The notes beneath the pieces are model-generated. The model ran no database searches. It had not been told where the DNA came from and saw only the letters and a list, made by a program, of their open reading frames with translations. From Balanoglossus misakiensis (lineage: Eukaryota > Animalia > Hemichordata), in the NCBI GenBank assembly GCA_040954595.2, contig CM082598.2, positions 2,046,001-2,110,000 on the forward strand: a stretch of 64,000 nt of DNA, in the 5' to 3' direction. The position numbers were made by a program, and so were the translations under genes. The first letter of the stretch is position 1. Each line of letters opens with the position of its first letter. Of this stretch, positions 13,654-27,110 are shown in pieces.

Positions 13654-16600
13654 TTACAGATTGGCAGCGGCCCCAGTGCCTTGTTTCTGCAATTCAAATA
13701 AAACAAGGAAATTAAATTTCACAGGAGTGTAGTATTAAAGCCCCAACAGCTGCCAATTTTTGAATTATTTTCATGACTTTACTTTCATACTTAATATGTT
13801 TCATTTAAGTCAGTCAACTGCTTGGTATACGCAAACATATTAGCAAGCTGTGATTGTAGCTGTACATGTAAATATGAACGAGTTAAACAATAAATGGGTG
13901 CCACACCCATTAATTCAACTGTCCTTTCCTCATACATTGTACTCATCCAGGACCTTCGCAACCATGACAACAGGAGCTCCAAAACAATATTAGGGTATTT
14001 ATAAATTTTGCACTATCCTACAGTCCCAAGGTCTGTGAACACAGCATCAGAAATTCTGACAATCACTTTAATATTTGTTGACCAAGCCACCCTATTTACC
14101 TTGTAGGCATCCAAAGCAGCAGCTAGGCGACGTCCATATTCTGGGTCGCACTGGCCAAAGTTGTGCACCTGTACCAAAAACAGCAATTTACAAATAATCA
14201 ATAATTGCATGAAGTATTAAGAATCCTAAATAAGATCTATGAAAAGTTGATCCAAAAACACAATTCATCAAGGAAAGGGGCCATTGTTAATTCAACCACA
14301 ATTCATAACACATATTCAAAATTAATAAACAAACTGTTGATTTAGGTAGGATAACTACAGAAGGCGTTTTCATAAAAACAATAGGAAACTTTTGACGAAC
14401 TGTAGGAGACGCTGTATCATCAACTCTTCCTTTGCGTTGCATACAAATTATTCAAAATGCTTCAACCAGTATTTTTATTGTCCAAACTGTCTTCACACAA
14501 GCAAAGAAACAATTTCAGTGATACTTATGGTAGTATCGCTTTTCCAAGTTATTCCTGGAGAGTATAAGGACCGGGGTACAAATTCAACTTACAGCTCGCT
14601 TCTGGAGGAATTCCTGCGCATCTTTCAAGTGGCCAGCCATGTTATTGATCAGGTGTTCGCGGTCATACTCCGTCAGAACATTACGCCAGAAGTTGCCAAC
14701 CTGGGTGAAGTTGTCGTCGTCAGCCGTATTGTATCGCTGCACGTCGCCACTGACTTGGAAAGTTTGCTGGGCCACTTTGCTGTGGTCTTCAGGACCAGTG
14801 AAGCTGTTTGGAAAGTAGTTGGGGGCACCGGCTGAAATTCAAATCAAGATAGTGGACTTGATTAGTGTATAAAGGGCAATAAACTAGTTAATTTTACAAT
14901 AGTTCCTCAGTTATTTTCCTCTACCAATGTTCGCCTTGTTACAAGAATGACTTGATTAAACTCGGCCACACTACAACGCAACACATCACATCACACAAGA
15001 CAACACTACACTATACTTAACCACGTCACACCACACCACCTCTCAAAACACTGGCTAACATTGACATCAACTTACTCTGGTTACTATCCACACATTGTGG
15101 TCCATCTCTCTGGTAATTTTTGGCCTTGGTGTTATACGGACAGTTCACAGGAATCTGCATATAGTTTGTGCCAAGGCGATGTCTGTGGGTATCAGGATAT
15201 GAGAACAGCCGGCCCTGTCAATAACAACATCAATAATGACACGTTGAAGGCTTTGTTTGATTGTACAATGATGATGGATACTTGATTTAAACAAGTATTG
15301 ATGTTTGGCTCCAACACACAACAATGGACGGGGAAAGAAACTTGAGAAACCAAACTCACCTGTAACATCTTATCAGGTGATGGTTCAATACCAGGCACCA
15401 TGTGTACGGGAGCAAAGGCAATCTGTTCCACCTCAGCAAAATAGTTCTTGGGGTTTCTGTTCAACACCATCTTGCCAACAGGAATCAGTGGGAACTCACC
15501 ATGCGGCCAAATCTATGGCAGTTAGAGAAAACTTACGATCAGTATTGTTTTCATACTTATTAAAGCATTGTATGTTCAATGTGCTTAGTGTCAGGATACA
15601 GCAGACCTGTTAGATTTCACCAATGCAAATTTAGCCACAGTTACCATGAAAAGTTACAATATTGTTATCACAATTTTCACTTCAGAGGCCATATAAACAA
15701 GTGTACAATCATGGTCATTGGAAGACCATGCCCTTTTAAGCATACGTGATTATATTCCTGCAATCTCACCTTGGTTAAATCAAATGGATTCCATCTGTAC
15801 TTCTCTGCTTCTTCAAAAGTCATCACTTGGATGTACATAGTGTGAGAAGGCTGTACGAAAAAAAGAAAGATATCGATTTATGAAGTTAGTTGGGCAGCCA
15901 TTTTGAATTTCTAATAATTGAATTTAGAGATACTCTACTAACTTGTTTTCATGTCTTTTTTCACTCTTATTCTCATCATAATGAACTCACATAATTCCCT
16001 TCAGCAATAGCATTGTACAGATCTCTGATGGCGTAGTCGGGATCATTCTTGGCCAAGTCGGCAGCTTGGTCTCCAGTTAAGTTCTTGATTCCCTGGTCAG
16101 TCTGGTGATACAAATCACAAAGACAATATAAGACAAAGATAACCATGGCAACTGATGTCAAACTCAACAACTACAACAATAACAGCCGACACCACCATAA
16201 TTACCGACACAGACTATGGTCACCTCATCTTGTCTGTTGTTAGGACAGCACACTGCCTTATGGCATTGACTGTATACAATTTTTGTAACCAGAGTCTCTG
16301 GTTTAGAACATGCGCATAAGACGATCATCACCCTTTAAGACGGCAGCTTTGACAACGATAGAAAGTTGCCCTTTCATACCTTGTAGTGGAATTTACAGTA
16401 GACGGCTTCCCCAGCTTTGTTGACCAGCTTGAAAGTGTGGCTACCGTAACCGTTCATGTGTCTGTAGCCATCTGGAGTTCCACGGTTTGAGAAGAGGAAG
16501 GATACTTGGTGAGCCGTCTCCGGTCGAAGTGTGATGAAATCCCAGAACATATCAGGATCCTATGGAAAAAAGGCATCACATGTAACTGAACAACTGCTGC

Positions 16601-19505
16601 TTAAGTATCAGAGACCTGACTACACTTTTCGACAAGACCATCTGAGCCCCAAATTATCACGGAAAGATCTTTAACTCTTTCACCCATTTCCCTGTATAGT
16701 GGTCCAACTTTACAAATAAAAACAACGGATTTAGACTTAACCATGGTGGTGAAAGGGTTAAAAGACAACTCACCTTCAGATGGGTAGAAGGATTTCTCTT
16801 CTGTGTATGGATAAAGCTCGGAAACAGCATAGGATCCCGGATGAAGAAGACGGGAGTGTTGTTTCCCACTAGATCCCAGTTACCTTCCTCCGTGTAGAAT
16901 TTCACGGCATAGCCGCGGGGATCACGTGCAGTATCCGCTGACCCAGACTCACCACCTGCAAAAACGACACCAACAGTTATCTTATATGACTGCTTTTGAT
17001 TGGTCCTATCCTTGTGAATTTACTCTTCATGCATCTGTGCAACCTATGAGGAAAAGCCTACAATGGCACTAAGCATTGCGGCCCCAGACTCAACATGTCA
17101 ACACACACATACATGCATGCATAATACAATTCCTTAGAAAATTAATACACTTACCAACAGTTGAAAACCTCACAGCAAGAGGGGTTTTCTTGCCAACATG
17201 TTCAAAAATCTTCGCTTTGCTGTACTTAGTGATGTCATGGGTCACTTCAAAATATCCAAAAGCACCTGAAAAACCAAGATATCAAAACCATTGAAAATCA
17301 AACTGTTTATGACTCAGGAACGACTGCCAAAGTTTGCATCACTCGAAGGGATGATGAGTTGCTCAGAGCTGACCTAGCTGGAAACTAAGTTCTAACCAAT
17401 ATGTCACAAATCCTGGTGTTATTAACAAGCCGTGTCACCGTACCTGCTCCCTTAGCATGGACCACTCTCTCGGGAATTCTCTCCCGGCCAAAATGTGCCA
17501 TTTCATCCGTGAAGGCGAAATCTTGCATCAGAAGTGGGCCTCTTGGACCAGCCGTAAGCACGGCATTCTTGTTGTCCACTGGAGCACCGGTTGAAGTGGT
17601 CAGTACGTCCGCTTTCTGAAATGACAAATGCAGACATTTATTACAAAAAATCCAACAATTTACCTAGTATAAAATCTGGCAGCGTGGTCAGTGAAGTCCA
17701 TGGGTGTAGATAAGACATGGTCACTGGCTAAAACAACCAGCAATTCCCCCTCCTCCCCTCAAAGGACACCCCATCCATTTTCTGTCCAACCCTAAGCGCC
17801 CTCTGGAGTCCATCGCCTACTTCTGAGATTTTGTTGTATGTACGTACTTTTGAACTTAATGACGCCTGCTTGCAAACGTACTATCACGTGAGAAGGCTGC
17901 TTTGAACACTGACTAAAACATGTTGCATTTCTAATAATAGTTTGTCACTGACGACAATATTTAAGTTGTCTGACCTTTACAATAGATCACAAGAAGTCAG
18001 ACACTGTCTCAGGAGGGGTTAAAATTCGAGTCACCATATGCAAACGATCACATGTGAGAAACACTGAGTTGCATTTTATCAATCACAGAACGGTTTGTGG
18101 AAAGGAACCATGTCCAACGCCATTTACTATATGTGTACACAAATACCTGATGAACATGGTCATTTTTCCTTGTATGGAAACACTTTAAAAAACTTGATTT
18201 ACTGATATACAGATCTACATGGTTATGTCATTCATTTTTCGACCTTACACAACATTAACCTATACATAACCAATCTTAATTCCGATAACATTAAATCACA
18301 TCAAAAACCAAAGCCGACATTGCTTATGGACAAATCTCTAAAAACTAGACTATTCTAACAAAATTCCCTTACACAACAATAAAAGATGTTTACAGCAAGA
18401 CATCTCCTGTCTTTAAGATCACATGAGATTATTGAAAGATATGTAACACTAGCAACCTGGAAGCCACTTGCCCTCACTAACAAATAAGAACACGTGGGCA
18501 AACACACACCATGTACTTGCTAGAGTCAAAATTTGTTTGTTTCTCGTATTCAGATCAGATCACTAGAGATAAAACAAAGTGTTTGGTAACAATCATCAAT
18601 GGCTCATGATTTTGATTGCACCTAACTAAATAATTCATGACTTTATTAAAACCTTTTCTGCCAAGTCAGAGGATAGTGCTGAAACTCTGATATTACAGTT
18701 CATGTTATTGATCAGCTGATGTTTATATAATCTGCTGTGCCTACGTGTATCTTATGTGCTGTTTAAGTCAATACACTTTTCTGCATTATCACCTTTGGAC
18801 CAAGGGGCCATCCATTTTGACAAAGTTCAAAAGAGGGGTTACAAAACAGGCTACCCATGTTCTAGAACAATCTGCTAACCAGCCTAGAGCCTCCCCCCCT
18901 CTCAATCACCCAGGGACCTTGACACCATACAACTGTCGTTATGAAACTGCCAACTCCCTGTACCCTAGCTGCAGAACCGTAGCTCGAGGTTTAACCAGGT
19001 ATTCTGTATGTTTGCCATCCACATAAAATACCAGACAAAACCACGAGTTACTACGTTTCTGAAGCTTGTCCCATTTTAACCCATTACAGGCGTTTGTTGC
19101 CGTTTGACCCCAATTCTATCGTATCATGATTGGCCAGGGCCTTGCAACCGACATCAGCAACCGACATCACCTGCGCTGAGCGATTACCCGTTCACCGAAG
19201 CCGATCTTGGCTTGTATAAAAGTTAAAAAGTTGCAATTTTGAACAATATATACTCCTTTCAAGTCTCCTAGGTAACCCAGAGGAGAATATTCGTCGTTGC
19301 ATCCATAGTTTGGCTATCTTTCTCCATTCCCTGACCCAGATTTCAGTGACCTTTCGTGACCTCACACTGGAGTTCTGCATCTCCTACCTGCAGAACAACA
19401 TCTACAAACCAGACAAGAAAAATGCTTTAAATTATACCCGAGACTTACCGCCAGACTCTTACTGAAGTCCTTCAACTGGTTGGAAGCTTTATCTCTGTTT
19501 GCCAT
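13654..19505 (-). CDS. CAT: Catalase (monofunctional heme catalase, clade 3), 12 coding exons, 508 aa
   Basis: Minus-strand exons: 19505-19449, 17615-17444, 17265-17155, 16955-16774, 16559-16380, 16101-15991, 15850-15770, 15512-15360, 15214-15076, 14831-14593, 14168-14100, 13686-13654 (1527 nt, all GT-AG, in frame). Motifs: [17 protein letters not shown] (catalytic His), WDLVGNNTP (Asn), [16 protein letters not shown] (heme-ligand Tyr), and C-terminal AAANL (PTS1-like; human KANL). Confidence 0.97.
16675..16757 (+). mobile_element. MITE family A copy 5 (in catalase intron 4, close to the donor)
   Basis: TTAA-CTCTTTCACCC...CCATGGTGGTGAAAGGG-TTAA. Confidence 0.7.
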
Positions 19506-20200
19506 TTTGCTAGAAAATGATAACAGTCTTTGAAGTTCGGAGAGAGAGGTCCACCCTACGAGTTACGGGAACGTTGTGTTATGTAGTCTGCTGAGGACAG
19601 CTGACACATCACGTGGTCACCACGGCAGTCGTTTACCGAACGAGGGCGTCGTGTCGTCAACAAACCTTCAAAACAACTGCCTAAAACTGCGCGAAGTAAT
19701 GACTGAGCTGCTCTTCGAAAACGACCGGCCTAAGTTGCCTAATTAACGCTAAGAACGGTCGCTATTCTCGCTCATGTCCAAAAGTGAAAGTAGCAGACGA
19801 AAACAAGATGGCGTCCCTCAAGGCTGCTTGCATGCGTGCGCATACATGTGTGTTTTCTTTCTTACGGAAGAAAATAGTTATAGTCGTTGCTGTAAAAAAT
19901 ATCATCTTATAGAATTTCTTCTATAATATTTTTGAAAAAGGTGATGTTTGTCGCTGCGCCGCCAGTATCATCCTTAGGCACCGCCATCTTGCGAACAGAC
20001 TGGGGTTTCTTTCGTTTGGCCGAACATGGCCGAACTACCTGGTTTGGCCGAACATGGCCGAACTACCTGGCAGAACAACAGTACATCGTATTATGACGGT
20101 TGGGGGCGTAATTTTGAATTTTGATCTCTCTCTCTCTCTCCCCCCCCCCCCCCCCCCCCCCCCAATTTTCGGCACGGATGTAGCGTGACCAATCAGAAAT
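19506..20200 (-). promoter_or_regulatory. Catalase 5'UTR/promoter (CpG-rich, TATA-less)
   Basis: Raised CpG content; E-box CACGTG near 19610; YY1-like CAAGATGGCG near 19804 and CGCCATCTTG near 19982; CCAAT near 20190; 26-bp tandem duplication TTTGGCCGAACATGGCCGAACTACCTGG at ~20015-20070. Confidence 0.5.
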
Positions 20201-21578
20201 CTCCTACATTATGATTGCCTCAAAGTGGCTGAAACAATGAATTTCGTTATAGCATATTTTAATGATACAATTTTCTCAACCTTCATCAGTACTCTGACAG
20301 GTCCGAGCCATGTTCTGGAATGTCTCCATCATTATCTAGCATAAGAAGACATCATAGCTGCAACGTTTCCAATTATTAAATAATTTACAAACATTAACTG
20401 TCTAACCAACCCTACTACTAATTAAATCAGGGCATGGTTATTTTCTCATGATAGCCCAGTTAAATCTCTTTATTCGACTGATTTTATAGTGTGTTTTTGT
20501 TAATAAAAAGCATGTAGCTGGATTAGAGCATGGTTATGTTTGAACAAGCGGTAGCAGCTGAATTTGACGATCACATTTGGAATAATATTTCATCAAATCG
20601 ATTCCAACCAATTGGTGTTTGGCACGGCAACAACACTGGAGCGCTATCACTTTCCATCGCTTCGCAGCACATTCACGGTGAGTGGAATGCTGTCTTTTTT
20701 TAAACAAATGTGTTATTTTGTGACCTGTACGAAACAATTCCGCACATGCTCGCGACTTCACGAGTCGCTGAAATACTAGTAGTCAAATCTGCGCACTATG
20801 ATTTTGCATAACATTGTCAGTGGCCAAATGTAATGGTATGCAGAATTGCTTATGGAGTGGCGAATAACTATGGCGACTGCAGCAAACCTAGTATTGTAGA
20901 TGGGTAGAAGGATGAGCAGATATATGCAGGGCATATGATTGAAGGATGACAAGTGGATGAACGCCGTTAAAATATCACTGAAGTAACAAACAAGTTATGT
21001 GGACACATGTGGTGGACAGACTTTCTCATCTGTACTTCCACGTCTATGGAAAAACCTTGTCTGAACATCTGAAATCTATTTTGCAAAAGCAAACAATTTT
21101 AATCATTTTTCCCTTTGCTGTTTATTGACATTCGATTGATCGATTTATTGATTAATAGATGGATTTATGGCTAGATGGATGGATACTCAACTAGTATTAT
21201 ATACATATCTGAATAACATAGGAAAGGAAAACTCTACGTGTAATCCCATTAATTTAAGGAGACTGTTTGACTGTGGCAAATATTAAAAAGGTACCTCAGT
21301 TTTGTGTGGGCAGCAAAGTCCAATCGATAACCAAGAAGTGGCAAATCAATAATCAATAACGAGTACATACATATAGTAACTTATTCAATAAATTATTGAT
21401 TTTGGTTACAGGGCGGTTACATCTACGCTGTCTATATGTTGGAATGGTGTTTGGAATACTAATGAATATGAATACCCTGCCAGATAAACATAAACTTTCT
21501 TGCATACCCTTTCACTTATCACCACACGGATTTGTTTTCTTTTACCAGAATATCTTGCTGATTAAAAATTCTGCCAAG

Positions 21579-22395
21579 ATGATAAAGGTCGTCTACCTCT
21601 TTCTGATTGGGTGTTCCTTGTTGTGCGTCACATACGCATCTGGATTTGATACGTTCTTTTTCGAACCCACAGGTAGGCCTAAGTGTTACATACAGTCACT
21701 TGGTAACTGTGGCTAAAGTTGCATGATTGACTTCGTAACTTTGTTAAAAAACCCTGGTTGATAATTCAAAATGGTGGTAGCAGTGTAAATTCCACAGTAA
21801 AATCACCATCTTGCTCAATATTAATGATATTGCTGATCAACATGGTAATTAAGTTTTACTACATACAGACCCGCGAGCGGACAGGCAATAAAATGCGTGT
21901 AAAAGTGTGTCTATGGGATAGTGTCGGTATAGTTACTCAATGATGGTTGTATAGATGTACGGATGCCCATATTGTGGAATAGAGAGATTTTGATGCTTTT
22001 AACTCATCATACAAGCTTCTTGTTTGCATTTTTCTTGATCAACAGTCAAGAGGAACATAGCAGAACATCACTTCTTCGTCACCGAGCCCAAAGATGTCAC
22101 AGTACGTGCCAACACCACTGTCATGTTCGCCTGCTCCGTTGGCAACAAGAAAGGACTTGTTGCCTGGGTGAAGACAACAGGACCGAAAGACCGCACCATT
22201 CTCAGTCTGGATAACTCGATAATTGTCGGTGACTCTCGACTGATGATCGGCAGCCGAGTTGGTGGACGCGACTATGACTTGATTGTGTTCGGTGTCAACC
22301 AATCAGATGAGGGCTTTTATACGTGCTTCGTGTCGGCAGGTGGACAGGATCCCCCGATAGTGTCAGCAAGTGCATTACTGACCGTCATCACCTAA
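21579..22395 (+). CDS. Secreted single-Ig-domain protein 1 (signal peptide + short peptide + KR + Kirre/nephrin-like Ig), 147 aa
   Basis: Exon 21579-21672 (MIKVVYLFLIGCSLLCVTYASGFDTFFFEPT, donor AG|GTAGG), then a phase-1 intron, then exon 22046-22395 (VKRNIAEHHFFVTEPKDVTVRANTTVMFACSV...VAWVK...YDLIVFGVNQSDEGFYTC...ASALLTVIT*). Canonical Ig C-W-DxGxYxC pattern; the stop follows the G strand, so there is no TM segment. AATAAA at 23049. Confidence 0.85.
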
Positions 22396-25300
22396 GAGGA
22401 TGACGTCATTTGATTTTGGGCAAAGTGGACATGAACCTCTCCATTTCATACACAGAACAGATTAAAACATTTAGGAAATATATTTCTGATAATGATTTGG
22501 CGATATACACAAATGATTTACACATAACGACTGACCCTATCCATTATGGTATTCTGGTTTTGATCTTGGAGTTTCAGCTGTCTTCACATATGGTAAAATT
22601 GTACTTAACCTTCTATTAGTGCTAATCGCACCATGCTCGTATCATAGAAACGGTGTCATTATAACGTGTTCAATATGGTACTTAAGATTCTAATTAGTTA
22701 TTTGCCATGACATTTACCTTGTATTAGCCATTAAATCGTACCACTATCATCACTCTATAAACAATGAGGATATTACTGGAATTATAATTCCATCTGTCAT
22801 TTAATTAATTCTATAAAAAATTTATGTGTTTGTAAAATTAATTTGGGTTCAACTTGATTGATTTACACCACCATGGAAGAGAAACAATTCGAATCTCTAA
22901 TTATCACGCAGTACAATTTGAGCTGCATACATAGATGCATTCATACGTACATACATGCACAAAGCAAAACAGTAGAAACGCAGTTAGTGTCAACAATATT
23001 CCTTTGTTCCCCAGGGTTTTTGACATTTGGTTGTATTCACTCTGGCTCAATAAATATAGTAAGAAATCTACTTTTTTGGCAGGAAACAAATTATTCTGTC
23101 TAAGTATGAAACAATAACTCTACAGGTTGGATCAGAATATGATCTCTGTACACCGAAGCTTCGGAATGTAATCTCTGTAGTAACATAAATTATTTCATCT
23201 AAGTACAAGGCACTCCCTCTACAGGTAGGATCAGAGATCATCTCTGTACACAGTTGATACAGAATTTAATCTCTGAAGACTGACGATTCAAAGTTTTATT
23301 ATACAGGAGTATGGAGCTGATATTTTTATGTTTGAACTCAGAACCTACCGTAACACCTCACGTAGCAAAGATGTCAAAGATGACAGCGCGTGACCATCTC
23401 CCAATTCCCACCCCTTCTATCAAGATTCCACATGAGATAAGTACCTGGAAATCACATCGCAATTCCGGTACACACATATCCTGTCCTTTCAAACACATTA
23501 AAGATTCAAAACCTAAAAACATCCTTGTACTTTGCAGACATGAATTCGAAAGTCTGGTCGTCTCACTAATTTCAGTTTCATTACAGTTAGCACTATAAGT
23601 ATAAAGTCTGATGTGAAAAGGAAATGTTATCGATAATCTAAAATACATACAGTATTTGACATTTAATGATTTATATATTCGTTACCTACATAGGGAAGGC
23701 AGAATTCAATGTATCAATGATTATCAACCAGAGAGTATTACAAAGAATAGACACCGCCCTTTGAGTCGTTTATTAGCAATGGTTGCTGATCATCACCGGT
23801 TCCGTCTCATTTATTTCTTAATGACTCGAAACAAGCTGTAATTTACCCAAGTCAAGGAAGTTTAAAATAACTTTGATATTTTATCCAAGCAAATTACCAC
23901 TTCTTAGGAAAGTCCCCTAAGGAGGGACGTCGAAGGGAATAAGTATCAATAACGATCAACCTGAGGAGTCTTAAATGGCTGCTGATGATTAGGAATGTCT
24001 AATTATTCTTTTTGGCCATTACCATCTACTAACGCATCTTTTTAATATATTTAGGAATGTTGATTGCATTATGTGTATAACCTGTACATCAGGAAGAAAC
24101 TATTGTCACTTGCCTTATTGGATGTCAACCTCTACCCTTCTGTCTGTCTGTCTATGTGTCTCTTTGTGTGGTTAAGTGTCATCCTGTCCATCTGACTGTT
24201 CCTCCATCTGCCTGGCTGAGGTGTGTGCACCTGCATTCACGGGGATCACATATATCATCTGAGTAGCAAAAAGAAGGGAGCAGTTTTATAATTAAAATCA
24301 TGTTCTTTGTGTGCAAGTTTTTCTCTGTGAGTGGCAAATCGGGTAACGGTTGGGTAGTCTACATCGTGGGCAAACATTGCCATGTTCAAATTTTTAAAAA
24401 CGACGCAAGTGTGCAGATTTTATCACAATAGTCTTGTATACACGTATAAAAAAGACAAAACTACATGTACTAGTATGTGATGTGGGTTACATCACAAAGG
24501 ACATCCTTACAGTCACTGGGTCCCCCAACAGCTAGTACTATTGACAAGAGGCTATCATAATTGGAATTACTCTCAGGGAAGGTTAATTATATCCAAGTTA
24601 TAGTCTGACAAAGAAAGCATGATAATAATTACAAAAGATTGTTGACAATATTCGAACGTGAGCTCAAGAAAGCCTTTCGTGTCAAGCAACATTAACCATG
24701 GTGTAATTTATCGTATTAACGTTCCCATGGGTGAATTCCCACACAAAAGAACAAAGAGACAACCGCGTGGCATTAATTTTGTTTTTCTTTAATTTTCGCA
24801 GTCGATTGTATAGTTATCTTGCAATATCTCATTGTGTATACTATGCTGGTAATACGACACTCATCGGTTGGTGAATTTAAAGTCAAATGCGCCTTAAAAT
24901 CAGCCTTAACTATTTTCTCATATTTTGCTCAAGGCAACGTTGGATATTCTCTCTTAAATTGAGAATACAGATTTTCACCCTGCAAAAGTTTGAGTGAGAG
25001 AGCGAAATTCAAAAAAAGCCGCCAATCTCTGTGTGGAGAAAAATTAAAGAAGTGATTTCTATGAAATCAGGACGGTGAACACAGTGAATTCCTTTTTAAA
25101 GACTCTTTACACAAAGAACTGGAAGGTTTGGAGCACTTTATCATTTTTCCGAAAATTAAAATTATCCGGCCGACGACAGGTAACAGAGAACGCCTACCGG
25201 CGGACAATTGTCATTCTCGTATAATTAAAGCATTGGATGAGTTGCTGTGAAAAGATGCACCTGGCAAGGTAGTTTTGTCAATTTTTTATAGTTGTTCAAC

Positions 25301-26239
25301 GGACACCAGTTGACAGAATGATCGATGGACCGTTCTTCTCTGCGACCCGTTGGGAACACAAATCTCTGACATCTTCATTTTTCACATGTCCCTATGTCTA
25401 TCGCTTCAAGGTGTTATGTCAAACCTCAAGATCTAGATAATTATCAGGCAAAAAGATAAAAGATAGTTGAATTTTCCTGCATAGTTTCTTGATAATACAG
25501 GGTGCAAAATTTTAACATTTTCACCGATTTTTCTCTAATTTCTCCACGTCTCAATCAAAATTTTAGAAAAAAAAATGTGGTAAAAGTTACGTGGGGTTAA
25601 TTTTTTGAAAGATGACGACAAGCTGACAATGGCGTTGAAAAGGTGAAACTCAATCACAGCACACAAAAATAAACAATCTTATGCAATTTCCATATTCTTG
25701 TTCCATAGAGGAAAAAAGTACATTAAACCTCTGCATTCCTTACTTTACATTCAAGCACATCTTGAATAAAATACAATAAAGTACAAGAAATAAAAAGCTT
25801 TCCCCAGCTCTTTATTGACCATGGATTATATATATAAGCCACGTACAGCTGTTGTAGAGAGTGAGACTTATTTAGATTTTTTCGTATATTAAAGGGACAC
25901 TTCACGTACATCAAATTTTAAAATTAGTTTGTTCTTATCCCCAAAAAGACAGTCTGCGATGTGTAATGATGGACGTTTATTGTTGACAAGTGAATTCCAA
26001 TCAGGAATTAATTCAATTTTCAATGGCAATTTTGCTATCTGCACACGAGATCTGGATTTGGGGTAAATTATAACTACAGACATGTCTTGTTGCCTTAGAA
26101 AGGGATAGCTGTCTGGATTTACGCGGACAGATAGTGGCAGGGTCGTGTGGGTGATTGCGTAGGCAGGGAGGTACATGTATTCACGTATGTGGATAAAGAT
26201 AGCTTGATAGATCGTGAGATAGATAATGATAAACGGATA

Positions 26240-26340
26240 GAGGGGGCGAGAGAGTGGGTGAGTGAGTGAGTGAGTGAGTGAATGAGAGTGAGTGAGTGAG
26301 TCAAAAGAGAGAGAGAGACAGACAGATGAATAGAGAGATG
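26240..26340. repeat. Compound microsatellite (GAGT)n/(GA)n
   Basis: Directly visible; accounts for the spurious ORFs at 25889-26404. Confidence 0.85.
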
Positions 26341-26974
26341 GGTACACAGATACTGAATAGAAAACATGCTTGAGATTTCTGTACTTAATGTCACAGCGAT
26401 GCATTGTTTGATTTACTGAAAGTTACAGGCAGAATATGAAAAGTACAAATGAAATTGACAGTGTCACAGATTAACACAAAGAAAAGACTTGCTATACGGA
26501 CATGGCTTGCGAGACTACAAACAGTCATTCTGACACTGCAACTGTTATTTGGGCGAAAGAATGACAATGTAAGATGAGTGATGATTCACTCGCAAAAGCA
26601 ACTGGCGTCTCAGAAACGCCGACGTCAGGCATCTCATAAGTATTTTAGGACATGTTCCATTAGCGCCAGGCCCATGAGATTTGAAATGCTCTGCTCGACA
26701 TGGACATGGGCGGAAGGAGAGAAAATCAAAAACAAGAGGATTAATATTTACAACTTTTTTATATTAATTTTCACGGTCCAAAGAAAACTCAAATCTCTGC
26801 ACTAGATGTATCACGGGAACTGAAAGCTTTAAGCATAGAATTTTGAAGGATGGGTCAGTGGCCTGAAGGGAGACGAGAAATTTACATATTGCGCGACAGG
26901 TGTAGTAAGATACTAAGTGGGTGGGCAATACAAACATATTGGGCTGGCTACTTAATTACCTAGCTTACTAGAGG

Positions 26975-27110
26975 GATGGATGGATGGATGGATAGATGGA
27001 TGGATGTGGGGGGGGGGGACGGACTGACATATGAATGAGTGAATGAATAAATGAATGAATGAACTAAAGAATGAATGAATGAATGAATGAATGAATGAAT
27101 GAATGAATGA
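26975..27110. repeat. Compound microsatellite (GGAT)n, poly-G, (GAAT)n
   Basis: Directly visible. Confidence 0.85.

Noticed and set aside
19380-19425. AG|GT ratchet-like site or 14-nt microexon in catalase intron 1
   Set aside because: It is too close to the exon 1 donor, would break the frame, and has no other support.
23311-23598. 95-aa ORF as a further exon of Ig gene 1
   Set aside because: The Ig exon already ends in an in-frame stop with no good donor, and the ORF has no recognisable features.
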